A DNA stretch of 64,000 bases from an uncultured delta proteobacterium (GTDB taxonomy: Bacteria > Desulfobacterota > Desulfobacteria > Desulfobacterales > UBA2156), in the NCBI GenBank assembly GCA_963736855.1, contig CAVTQK010000009.1, forward strand, positions 576,001 to 640,000, given 5' to 3'. Below are positions 32,469 to 42,020 of this stretch, in pieces. Numbering within the stretch: position 1 is the first letter of the stretch; every line of letters begins with the position of its first letter. Position numbers and translations under genes: made by a program. A model generated the notes under the pieces. It saw only the letters and a list, made by a program, of their open reading frames with translations. It was not told where the DNA came from and ran no database searches.

Positions 32469-34380
32469 GGCCCTGAAAGCAGAAGCCTTAAAGCGGAAGA
32501 AGGCCTTTGAAGAAGATCCATCGCCCAAGATTCACATCGGGATGGCCACCTGCGGGATCGCCGCAGGCGCCCTCGAGACCAAGGCGGCTTTCGAACAGGT
32601 CCTCTCCGAGCGGGGAATATCAGCCCGGATCCACACCGTCGGATGCTTGGGCCACTGTTACGCCGAGCCGGTGGTTATCATCGACCATCCGGCATCCGGG
32701 TTTCCACCGATTCTTTACCCTGAAGTGAACCCCGGCAAGGCGACCATGCTCGCCAAACTTTTCCTGGAAGAAGGCGACCCGCGCCTGGAACATATCCTCG
32801 GGGCTACGGTGGAAAATGACATGATCCCATGTCTCATGGAATTTCCGCGCTTCAACCGGGAAAAGAGGGTGGTGATGCAAAAATGCGGCCTCATCGATCC
32901 GGAAGACATTTATGATTATATCGCCAACGGCGGATACGGATCTTTTGCTAAGGCGCTGGACACCCCCCGGGAAAAAATCATCGACGAAATCAAGCAAAGC
33001 GGCCTTCGGGGACGAGGCGGGGCCGGCTTTCCCACAGGCCTGAAATGGGAAGCGGCCCGTCAGGCGCAAGGAGAAGAAAAGTTCGTCATCTGTAACGCCG
33101 ACGAGGGAGATCCCGGGGCTTACATGGACCGTACCCTTCTCGAGAGCAACCCTCACCAGATCCTGGAAGGGATGCTCATATGCGCCTATGCCGTGGGTGC
33201 CTTACGGGGAATAATCTATGTCCGGGCCGAATACCCTCTGGCGGTCAAGATCCTCCGCAAAGCCATCGTCCAGGCGACGGAAGCCCGGCTCCTTGGAAAC
33301 GACATCCTGGGCAAGGGTTTTTCGGTTAACATCGAAATCTTCGAGGGCTCCGGTGCATTTGTCTGTGGTGAGGAAACCGCCCTTATCCGCTCCATCGAGG
33401 GGTATCGGGGAATGCCCCGGCAGCGGCCGCCATTCCCCGTCACATCCGGTCTTTTCGGAAAACCCACGGTCATCAACAATGTGAAAACCCTTGGATCGGT
33501 GCCGCCCATCATCGAACAGGGATCCGGATGGTTCAGGAGCATCGGCACCCCAAAGAGCCCGGGAACGGCAATCTTTTCCATCGTTGGCGACGTGACCCAT
33601 CCCGGATTGGTGGAAATTCCCATGGGGGTCACCCTGCGCACCCTGATCTTCGACATCTGCGGCGGAATCCCCAACAAAAAGAAGTTTAAAGCGGTCCAGA
33701 TCGGGGGACCTTCCGGCGGATGCCTTCCCGAAGCATTTCTCGATACCCCTATTGATTTCGACACCCTTTCAGGGGCAGGGGCCATGATGGGATCCGGCGG
33801 CATGGTGGTAATGGATGAAGACACGTGCATGGTGGACGTCGCTCGGTATTTTCTTGATTTCACCCAGAAGGAATCGTGCGGCAAATGCACGTTCTGCCGC
33901 ATCGGCACCCATCATCTCCTCGCGGCCCTAAAGCAATTATCCGAAGGGAAAGGCGAAGCGATCGACCTGAATGGCCTGAGGGAACTCAGCGAGGATATCC
34001 GGGCCGGATCTCTTTGCGGCCTGGGAAAGACGGCACCCAACCCTGTGTTGACGTCTCTCAAATATTTTGCGGACGAATACGAAGCCCATATTCAAGAGAA
34101 GCGCTGCCCGGGCATGATATGCCGGCCGTTGATCGCCTACTATATCGACCTGGAAAAATGTGCCCGGGGATGCGATGTCTGTGAGGGGTGCTGTCCGGTG
34201 GATGCCGTATTTACGACTCCCAATCGAAAGAAAGGAATCGACCAAACGCTTTGTGTCAAATGCGGGGAATGCATGGTGGTCTGCCCTCCGGAATATCGCG
34301 CGGTAATGAAGGTATCGCCTCCCCATCTGGCGCCCATCATCGAACGGCCGCCACAGGAACCTAAGAAAGAAAAAGCGTGA
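32461..34380 (+). CDS. NuoF/HydB-like FMN/NADH-binding subunit with C-terminal ferredoxin domain
   Basis: SGLRGRGGAGFPTG, CNADEGDPGAYMDR, GAFVCGEETAL, GGPSGG, ESCGKCTFCR, C-terminal 2[4Fe-4S]. Confidence 0.94.
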   Translation: MYEALKAEALKRKKAFEEDPSPKIHIGMATCGIAAGALETKAAFEQVLSERGISARIHTVGCLGHCYAEPVVIIDHPASGFPPILYPEVNPGKATMLAKLFLEEGDPRLEHILGATVENDMIPCLMEFPRFNREKRVVMQKCGLIDPEDIYDYIANGGYGSFAKALDTPREKIIDEIKQSGLRGRGGAGFPTGLKWEAARQAQGEEKFVICNADEGDPGAYMDRTLLESNPHQILEGMLICAYAVGALRGIIYVRAEYPLAVKILRKAIVQATEARLLGNDILGKGFSVNIEIFEGSGAFVCGEETALIRSIEGYRGMPRQRPPFPVTSGLFGKPTVINNVKTLGSVPPIIEQGSGWFRSIGTPKSPGTAIFSIVGDVTHPGLVEIPMGVTLRTLIFDICGGIPNKKKFKAVQIGGPSGGCLPEAFLDTPIDFDTLSGAGAMMGSGGMVVMDEDTCMVDVARYFLDFTQKESCGKCTFCRIGTHHLLAALKQLSEGKGEAIDLNGLRELSEDIRAGSLCGLGKTAPNPVLTSLKYFADEYEAHIQEKRCPGMICRPLIAYYIDLEKCARGCDVCEGCCPVDAVFTTPNRKKGIDQTLCVKCGECMVVCPPEYRAVMKVSPPHLAPIIERPPQEPKKEKA

Positions 34381-35030
34381 GCGAAAAGAGCTTAACGATA
34401 CAGGTCGATGGAGCGCTGTTAACAGCAACTGAAGGTGACATCCTACTTAAAGTCTGCCTGCAAAACGGCGTCTACATCCCGAACCTGTGTTATCTGGAAG
34501 GGATCGACCCTTTACCGGTGTCATGCCGCCTGTGTTTCGTGGAAATCGAAGGGGCTGCGCAGCCGCAACCCTCGTGCAGCATTCGGGTTCGGGAGGGACT
34601 GGTCGCACGGACAGATACCCCCCAGGTCCGAAGGCTGCAGCGGGCAGGGCTGAAACTTTTGCTGTCCACTCATCATGTAAATTGTAAAAGCTGCCCGGCC
34701 AACCGAAAATGCGCCCTTCAGGACATGGCCCGGTTCTTGAAAGTCGGTCTGAAATCCAAGACGGTTTACCTGAAAGACCCGCCGATCCGTTCGGAGCATC
34801 CTTACCTGGATTATCATGTCAACCGATGTGTGCTCTGCGGCAGGTGTGTTGAAATCTGCAGGACCCGACAGCGCCGCCCCGAACTGACTTTTTCCAAACG
34901 CGGGTTCGAGACCACCATCGGGTTCTACGGACACAATTTCATCGAATCTCCGGACTTTGCGACCTATCAGGCCTGTGTTCAAGCATGCCCTGTGGGCGCC
35001 CTGGTCCTCAAAGGGTCGGATCTCAAATGA
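34377..35030 (+). CDS. NuoG/HydA N-terminal-like (HoxU-like) Fe-S subunit without catalytic domain
   Basis: IPNLC, SCRLC, PSC, H...C..C....C.LQ, RCVLCGRC; only 217 aa. Confidence 0.88.
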   Translation: MSEKSLTIQVDGALLTATEGDILLKVCLQNGVYIPNLCYLEGIDPLPVSCRLCFVEIEGAAQPQPSCSIRVREGLVARTDTPQVRRLQRAGLKLLLSTHHVNCKSCPANRKCALQDMARFLKVGLKSKTVYLKDPPIRSEHPYLDYHVNRCVLCGRCVEICRTRQRRPELTFSKRGFETTIGFYGHNFIESPDFATYQACVQACPVGALVLKGSDLK

Positions 35031-35034
35031 GCGA

Positions 35035-35370
35035 CTATTCTTCTCGGGCCATAGTGATGGCGCCCTTGGGACAGATGAACGCACAGATTCCGCAGCCTTT
35101 GCAAAAGTCGTAGTCAATCTCAATGTGGCCGGTCTTCTCATTTCGGGTGATGCAAAGGTCCGGGCAAAAGTAGCGGCACAGGTCGCAACTGCGGCAAAAA
35201 TTGTTCCCAAGGCAGCGGCTCGCCTCCATAACCGCTGTCTCCTCATCAAGACCCGGTTTGACTCTGTCAAGGTCTTCGGCGGGCCGCTCTTCCCGCCGGT
35301 GCCTGATTTTCAATTCACACGGTTCAGCCATCCTGACTTCTTTCTTCTCACCACAGCGTCCTGTATTCAC
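35035..35370 (-). CDS. 4Fe-4S dicluster protein (delta-like, or detached C-terminus of the GltD-like protein)
   Basis: EASRCL, CRSCDLCRYFCP, DYDFCKGCGICAFICP. Confidence 0.85.
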   Translation of the reverse strand: MNTGRCGEKKEVRMAEPCELKIRHRREERPAEDLDRVKPGLDEETAVMEASRCLGNNFCRSCDLCRYFCPDLCITRNEKTGHIEIDYDFCKGCGICAFICPKGAITMAREE

Positions 35371-35376
35371 TCACTT

Positions 35377-35532
35377 TTGATAAAATCGTAAAAACTCAAA
35401 ATTAGGATGGCAAAGTAAAAAGCTTCAGATGCAAGGCGCGCAAATCCTGAGGAATGAGGCGTACATAGGGGTACGCCGCAATGAGGAAGGATGCAGCGCA
35501 ACGCAGCAGATGGACTTTTTACGAAGCCATCA
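35377..35532 (+). mobile_element. Diverged copy of the ~155-bp MITE/REP-like element
   Basis: Shares gatggcaaagtaaaaag, gaggcgtac, agcgcaacgcag, ggactttttacgaagccatca with 52293-52449. Confidence 0.8.
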
Positions 35533-36933
35533 CTTTTCTTTTGCTTCCAAATACAGGTCCACGGCCGCAGCGGCTTTTTTTCCGCTGGCCATGGCTTCAA
35601 CCACCGTGCTTGCTCCATTGACAAAGTCTCCTGCTGCAAAAACTCCGTCCACATCGGCCTGCAGCGTCTCCCGATCAACGACTAAGCTATTGCTGCTCAA
35701 CGCAAGACCGTTGAGCACCGGCCCATAGTCCGGTTCCTGGCCTATGGCGGAAATAATTGTATTTGCTTCGATCACAAACTCCGAACCCTCAACCGATACG
35801 GGTCTTTTCCTGTCGGACGCAACCGTTTCTCTGAGCTCCGTCTTGATACACTCAAGCCCCTTGACTCTGTTCCCTGAGACCAGTATCTTCTTCGGGGCGG
35901 TGAGAAACTCTATCTGGACCCCCTCCCGCAGAGCATTCCTTATCTCTTCGCGGTCCGCAGGCATCTCTTCATAGCTTCGCCTGTAAAGAATGGTGACCTG
36001 TGTCCCGCCTTTGCGAAGCGCGGAGCGGGCCGTATCCATAGCGGCATTGCCGCCGCCGATCACCAGAACGCGATTGCCGATTTCAACGTCCTTCTGGTCG
36101 CTGCATGCTTTCAAAAAAGCGAGGCAGTCTAAATAGCCTCGATGATGATCCTCGTTTTCAATTTTCATTTTCAGTGTTTTTTGAGTCCCTGTGGCGATAA
36201 TCACCGCATGAGCGCCATTTTTTCGAAGATCTGAGATCTTCGCGCTTGAGCCGAACTGGATCCCTGTTTTTATTGTGACGCCCATTTTCCGGATGTAGTC
36301 GATATCTCTTTGCAAAATCTCCCTGGGTAACCGAAACTCGGGTATGGCCCATGCCAGCAACCCGCCCGCTTCCTTGTAGGATTCGATGATCTCAACCTGA
36401 TAGCCCATCCTGGCAAGCTCATGGGCGGCTGCCAGCCCCGCAGGCCCCGAGCCCACAATCACAACCTCTTTCCCCTTGGGTTTATCCACCGCAGGCGGGT
36501 TGAGCCTGCCGTCATCGTAGTCTGTGACGAATCTCTTCAAAGACCTGATCGACAGGGAGTCGTCCACCCGACCCCGGGTGCAGGCGCTCTCGCAAGGATG
36601 ATGGCACACATACCCGCAGACCGAGGGAAGCGGATTGGCTTCCCGGATCAGTTCAAGGGCTTCCCTGTACAGCCCTTCCGCAATGAGACTCATGTAGCCT
36701 CGCACATCCTGTCGTATGGGGCAGGTCGCCTGGCAATTGGGAAGGTCAAAGGTTTTTGTGCCATTGATCCTCGGCTCTGTATCTGAATGGGGATAGAGTT
36801 TTCCCCTGAGACTGTTCTCCTCAGACCTGAAGTCAGGGATCACCTCTGCCGGACATGCCTTGACGCAGACGCCGCACGTTTCACAGCGTTTGTAGTCAAT
36901 AACGGGTTTATGGGTTCGTCCTTCGACGGCCAA
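35530..36933 (-). CDS. GltD/NfnB-like FAD- and NAD(P)-dependent oxidoreductase with N-terminal 4Fe-4S
   Basis: CETCGVC..CP, CQATCP, CGYVCHHPCE, VGSGPAG, IPEFRLP, IGGGNAAMD, YRRS, AAGD. Confidence 0.9.
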   Translation of the reverse strand: MAVEGRTHKPVIDYKRCETCGVCVKACPAEVIPDFRSEENSLRGKLYPHSDTEPRINGTKTFDLPNCQATCPIRQDVRGYMSLIAEGLYREALELIREANPLPSVCGYVCHHPCESACTRGRVDDSLSIRSLKRFVTDYDDGRLNPPAVDKPKGKEVVIVGSGPAGLAAAHELARMGYQVEIIESYKEAGGLLAWAIPEFRLPREILQRDIDYIRKMGVTIKTGIQFGSSAKISDLRKNGAHAVIIATGTQKTLKMKIENEDHHRGYLDCLAFLKACSDQKDVEIGNRVLVIGGGNAAMDTARSALRKGGTQVTILYRRSYEEMPADREEIRNALREGVQIEFLTAPKKILVSGNRVKGLECIKTELRETVASDRKRPVSVEGSEFVIEANTIISAIGQEPDYGPVLNGLALSSNSLVVDRETLQADVDGVFAAGDFVNGASTVVEAMASGKKAAAAVDLYLEAKEK

Positions 36934-36947
36934 TTCGTTTATTCCCC

Positions 36948-37493
36948 TTATGTCTTCTTTTCTTGCCCCAGACGATATCCCAGCTCCAGGGCTTGAATAT
37001 TTAAATCTCTGAAGCGGAAAGAGACATTCTCGGTAATTGCCGCGATCAAGGCATCCTTGCTCACCATTCCCGTGATCGCCGCAGCGGCTCCCAGGATCAC
37101 GATATTCGCCGATTGCTTCTTATGGAGTTCTAGGATCGCCTGAGAAGTCGCAGGGATACCAATTTGCATTACTTTCTCCTGGGATCGAGGTGAAACCATC
37201 TCGTCATCATATAAGATGAGCGCCCCTTCAGACAGGTTCTCAAGGTACTGGTTGTAAGCCGTCTGAGCCATGGAGATAAGCACATCGGCCTCAATCACAT
37301 GAGGGTAAACGATCGGCTCATCTGAAATGACCACATCCGAGCGTGCGGAACCACCTCTGGCTTGAGCCCCGTAGGAACTTGAACCGGCCACCCATCTGCC
37401 GTCTTTGGTGGCGGCATGCCCCAGGATCGTACCCGCCAATACCACGCCCTGACCCCCAAAGCCGCTGATCCTCACCTGCCTGAGCTCACCCAT
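36948..37493 (-). CDS. 2-oxoacid:ferredoxin oxidoreductase gamma subunit
   Basis: SGFGGQGV, SYGAQARGG. Confidence 0.9.
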   Translation of the reverse strand: MGELRQVRISGFGGQGVVLAGTILGHAATKDGRWVAGSSSYGAQARGGSARSDVVISDEPIVYPHVIEADVLISMAQTAYNQYLENLSEGALILYDDEMVSPRSQEKVMQIGIPATSQAILELHKKQSANIVILGAAAAITGMVSKDALIAAITENVSFRFRDLNIQALELGYRLGQEKKT

Positions 37494-38244
37494 GGGTGAA
37501 TTCCCCTGTGACAATCTTGTCTTTTGATGCATCCGGACTTATTCGTCGGGCTTCTTCTACGGGAATACAAGACTCCATAAGCGTCTTGAGCATGTCAGCC
37601 GGAGCGTCGTATCGGTTCCTTCTTCCAAACTGTGTCGGACAGGGAGACAGGGCTTCAATAAAAGCGAATCCCTTGGTGTTCAGGGCTTTCTTGATCGCTT
37701 CCTTTAAAGAAACCACCTGGGTTACCGAATAACGGGCCACATAAGACGCCCCTGCAGCCTGTACGAGCTTGCAGAGGTCAAAGGGCCGATATATGTTGCC
37801 TTCGACGCTTGTGGCCGTATAGGCTCCGCGTGGGGTGGTGGAAGCCTCCTGACCGCCTGTCATACCGTAGATCATATTGTTGGCGCAGATCACGGTCATA
37901 TCCACATCTCTTCGTGCCGCGTGGATGAGATGGTTGCCTCCGATCGATGTGAGATCCCCATCCCCGCTGATTACTACCACCTTGAGCTCAGGATTGAACA
38001 TCTTTGCGCCAGTGGCAAAGGCAATAGCCCGGCCATGCAAGGTGTGAAGGGTGTCTGCATTGAAGTTGGGACTCGGAATCCACGCGGCGCATCCGATGCC
38101 CGATACAAACAACATTTTTTCCATGGACCACCGGAGCTCATCGATGGCGCGGAGAATCGCATTCATAAGAATTCCATGCCCGCACCCCGGACAGAAAGGA
38201 GTTGATTTGACACCCATACGCAAATAAGCTTCGAGGTCTCTTGC
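37486..38244 (-). CDS. 2-oxoacid:ferredoxin oxidoreductase beta subunit
   Basis: FCPGCGHG, SGIGC, GDGD..IGGNH, NNMIYGMTGGQ. Confidence 0.93.
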   Translation of the reverse strand, partial: ARDLEAYLRMGVKSTPFCPGCGHGILMNAILRAIDELRWSMEKMLFVSGIGCAAWIPSPNFNADTLHTLHGRAIAFATGAKMFNPELKVVVISGDGDLTSIGGNHLIHAARRDVDMTVICANNMIYGMTGGQEASTTPRGAYTATSVEGNIYRPFDLCKLVQAAGASYVARYSVTQVVSLKEAIKKALNTKGFAFIEALSPCPTQFGRRNRYDAPADMLKTLMESCIPVEEARRISPDASKDKIVTGEFTHG

Positions 38245-38246
38245 CA

Positions 38247-39389
38247 TTACAATAGGCTCCTCACTTGCTCCATGATTTTGTGAGGGTGAATGATCTCTCC
38301 ATCAGTCTGGCAATAGGAAACAACCTCACACTCGGCGTACTTCAGAATCTCGCCGGCTATCTGGCCCCGGTTCATCTCCGGCACAAAAATCTTTTCGGCC
38401 TTTTTTCCCACCTCGCGAATGACCTGGTCCACGAAGGGCCATATGGTTTTTAGCCTCAAGAGGCCGACCTTTTTCCCTTCTTTTCGAAGTCTCTTGGCTG
38501 CGAACAAGGCGCTTCTCGCCGTAAAGCCGTAAGCAACCACAACGACGTCCGCATCGTCTAAATAATAAGCCTCGGTTTGAATGATGCTTTCTCGGTGCTT
38601 CAGGATTTTGTTGTTGATCCGGGCCACGAGTTTTTCATGGGCTTTTCCGTCATCCGTCTTCCGGATTCCCCACTCGTTGTGGGTAGAACCGGTGACGAGC
38701 AGTTTCTCGCCTTCCCCGAAAGAAGGCATGGGCGGCACACCGTCGTCCTCAGGAGTCCCGAAAGGAGGAGCCCCTTTTTGCTTGATCCGGTTCACGACCT
38801 TGACACTAGGTTTCACATCCATTCTTTCCCGCAAGTGACCGACCGCTTCTTCCGCCATGAGAAAAACGGGAACCCGGTACTGCTCCGCCAGATTGAAGGC
38901 CTCGATGGTTTGGTCATACATCTCCTGCACGGACCAAGGGGAAAACGCGATGATCTGATAATCCCCGTGAGATCCCCACTTGGCCTGCATGAGATCCCCG
39001 CTTCCCACCCTTGTGGCCTGGCCCGTGCCGGGACCCGCCCTCTGTACATCCACAATCACCAGAGGGGTCTCCGTAAATGCGGCGTAGCCGATTGCTTCCT
39101 GCATGAGGCTGAAACCCGGACCAGAGGTCGCCGTCATCGCCTTAGCCCCGGCCCACACCGCGCCGATAACGCTGCAGATGGAGCCGATCTCGTCTTCCAT
39201 CTGAATAAACACCCCGCCAACCTCCCTGAAGCGAACGGCGATCTGCTCCATGATCTCGCTGGAAGGCGTGATGGGGTATCCCCCGTAGTATCGGCACCCG
39301 GCAACTATCGCCCCTTCGGTGGCCGCCTCATTGCCTGAAAAATAATAACTCCCGGCAGGGAGTATGCTGTCTGTTTCTTGAACGCTCAT
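38247..39389 (-). CDS. 2-oxoacid:ferredoxin oxidoreductase alpha subunit
   Basis: GNEA, GYPITP, QMEDEI, TATSGPG, EMNRGQ. Confidence 0.93.
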   Translation of the reverse strand: MSVQETDSILPAGSYYFSGNEAATEGAIVAGCRYYGGYPITPSSEIMEQIAVRFREVGGVFIQMEDEIGSICSVIGAVWAGAKAMTATSGPGFSLMQEAIGYAAFTETPLVIVDVQRAGPGTGQATRVGSGDLMQAKWGSHGDYQIIAFSPWSVQEMYDQTIEAFNLAEQYRVPVFLMAEEAVGHLRERMDVKPSVKVVNRIKQKGAPPFGTPEDDGVPPMPSFGEGEKLLVTGSTHNEWGIRKTDDGKAHEKLVARINNKILKHRESIIQTEAYYLDDADVVVVAYGFTARSALFAAKRLRKEGKKVGLLRLKTIWPFVDQVIREVGKKAEKIFVPEMNRGQIAGEILKYAECEVVSYCQTDGEIIHPHKIMEQVRSLL

Positions 39390-39455
39390 CGGTTGATTGT
39401 CTATCCCCTTTGGATTTGTGCACCATAAGAAAAAGTTGAATCCCAGAGCTAGGCA

Positions 39456-39909
39456 CTAGCCGATGATCATGACCACATCACCGGTGGCCACGTCGGCATC
39501 TTTGCCGGCGCGGATCTCCCGGACCACACCGTCCATGGGGCTGAGCAGGTTGTTCTCCATCTTCATGGCTTCCATGAGCGCCACAACCTGGCCGGCGGTC
39601 ACCTTTTCTCCGACCCGGACGTTGATCTGGATGATTTTGCCCGGGATAGGGGCTACCACGGCGCCCGTGCAGGCCATGGCCGGCGCAGCAGCGGCTTTGG
39701 GCATGGCTACGGACGCCCGGAGGCTGGGATGCTGCCGGGGCCAGGCGCGGCATGGCATCAGGTCGGGATGCGGATGGGACAGCAGGAACTCCGTTGATTT
39801 TCACTTCATAGGGCGTCTGGTTGACGATAACCTGCGCCACGTTGTCCTGGATCGTGCCGATTTCCACATCAAAGATCTGCTCACCGATGGTCAAGGTATA
39901 TTTTTCCAT
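39456..39909 (-). CDS. Biotin carboxyl carrier protein (frameshifted)
   Basis: N-terminal MEKYTLTIG, Ala/Pro linker, APIPG, EAMKM biotinylation motif. Confidence 0.88.
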
Positions 39910-39925
39910 TGTGAAACCTCTTCGT

Positions 39926-40837
39926 CTATTTCTTTTGGATACGATCAAAGACCGGCATACGGTCGCCCATAAGCTTGCCGCGGCCGAAGAGCGCCCAGGC
40001 CGAGGTTGGCTTGGGATGGGCGTGGGTGGGTGCCTGGGCATGGACCGGTGCGCTGTTCAGGTGGATGGCCAGGGCGATGGCGGCGACGGCCTCGGGGGTC
40101 ACGGCCGGCGCTGAAGCTGGTTGCGCGGCCTCCAGCGCCGCGGTTAAAAGAGGCTCCGCCGACGGCCGCAGGGCGCGTGCCTCGAGGATTTGAAAGATCT
40201 TCCCGGAGATCAGCATGCCCAGCAGCAGGACCCCCAGGACGATGAAAACCCCGAAAAAGCGGATCAACAACGTGCCCAGGGCATAGCCCCAGAAGGAATC
40301 GCGCGGGCCGATGACGGCCAGAATATGGCCGTCTATCTTTCCGTCGGCATCCAGCGGGCCGCCGTCGCGCAAGGTCACGGTCAAGGTGTTGGTGCGATCC
40401 TTATTGCCGACATTGATCCGCGCCGGTCGCATTCCAGGTGAGCGCGTCTTTGGCGCTGGGCGCCCATAACTCGGTGGCGGTGGTGAAATAGTCCGAATTC
40501 ACGGCCAGCGCCACCTCACCTCCCGGAGCGCCGGGAGTGATTTGGAGACTGAAAAAATCGGAGCGGAAAGTCTTCTTGTCCACTTTGGGCATGGCGACGG
40601 CCGCAAACAGCTTGGCATCCGCAGCTCGTCAAGGCACCGCCGGTCACATGGAACCGTATCTGGATTTCGGTGCTTTTGCCGCGCGGGATCAGCGTGGCGA
40701 TCCAATCACTCCCCTCTTGCGAGAATCGCGGTTTGGGTGCTCTCGATATCTTCGCCGAAGGCGGCCCACACTTTGGCGCACGGCAGCAGCAAGATCGCAG
40801 CCGCTGCAATCCACATATAAAGACGTCTGGCGCGCAT
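39926..40837 (-). CDS. OadG/MmdD-like decarboxylase delta subunit with signal peptide and extra N-terminal extracytoplasmic domain (frameshifted)
   Basis: MRARRLYMWIAAAAILLLPCAKVWA after a GGAGG RBS; LTVTLRDGGPLDADGKIDG; TM RFFGVFIVLGVL; VAAIALAIH; SAWALFGR. Confidence 0.7.
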
Positions 40838-40849
40838 CTGTCGGCCCTC

Positions 40850-42004
40850 CTATTGAAACATCGCGATGAACATGCCGGCCGCCGCCGCGGTGCCGATGAC
40901 ACCGGCCAGGTTGGGGCCCATGGCATGCATCAGCAGCCAGTTGTTGGGATCTGCGCGCAATCCTTCATTATGGGAGACCCGGGCGGACATGGGCACGGCG
41001 GAAACTCCCGCCGAGCCGATCAGGGGGTTGATCTTCTCCTTGAGAAACAGATTCATGACGTGAACCGTGAGAATGCCGCCAGCGGTGCAGATCACGAAAT
41101 CGAGCAGGCCGAAGCCGAAAATCAAGCAGCGGTTTCCAGTTGAGAAACACCTCGGCCTGCATGGTGGCGCCAACCGACATGCCCAGGAAAATGGTCACGA
41201 TATTCATCAGCGCATTCTGGGCGGTGTCCGAGAGCCGTTTGACCACCAGGGACTCGCGCATGAAGTTGCCGAACATGAACATGCCCATCAGCGGCGCCAC
41301 CGCCGGGATCAGCAGACAGATCAGCGACGCATCGCGATCAGAGGGAAAGAGAAGCTTTTCGCGGGCCGATACCGGCCGCAGCTGGCGCATGCGGATCCGG
41401 CGCTGCGCGGGTGTGGTCATCAAGCGCATGATGGGCGGCTGGATCAGCGGCACCATGGCCATGTAGGAGTAGGCAGCCAGGGCATTGGCCCCCAGCAGAT
41501 GCGGGGCCAGCTTGGCGGTCAGATAGATGGTCGTGGGACCGTCCGCGCCGCCGATGATGCCGACCGAGGCGGCCTCTTTCAGGGTGAAGCCGAAGAAGCA
41601 GCACGCCGATATAGGTGACAAAAACCCCCAGCTGGGCGCCGGCGCCGATGAGCAGCGTCTTGGGGTTGGCGATCAGCGGGCCGAAATCGGTCATGGCCCC
41701 CAGCCCCAGAAAGATGACACAGGGGATGATCTCCGTTTCCACGCCGTATTTGTAGAAATACGCGGATCAGATCCGGGTTGCCTTCGGCGGTAAACCCCAT
41801 TATGGGCGCCAGCGGAAAGTTGACCAGAAAGATGCCGAAGCCGATGGGCAGCAGCAGCAACGGCTCAAAGCCTTTGGCCACCGCCAGATACAGGAAGATC
41901 AAGGCGACCATGAGCATCAACACCTGCCCCCCCGTCAGATGGGGAATGCCGGTCTGGGTGATGAGGATGTTTTTGATCAGTTCAAAGACATATTCCCAGG
42001 ACAT
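40850..42004 (-). CDS. Sodium ion-translocating decarboxylase beta subunit (frameshifted)
   Basis: [58 protein letters not shown]. Confidence 0.9.
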
Positions 42005-42020
42005 AGGCTCGACCTCTCTT

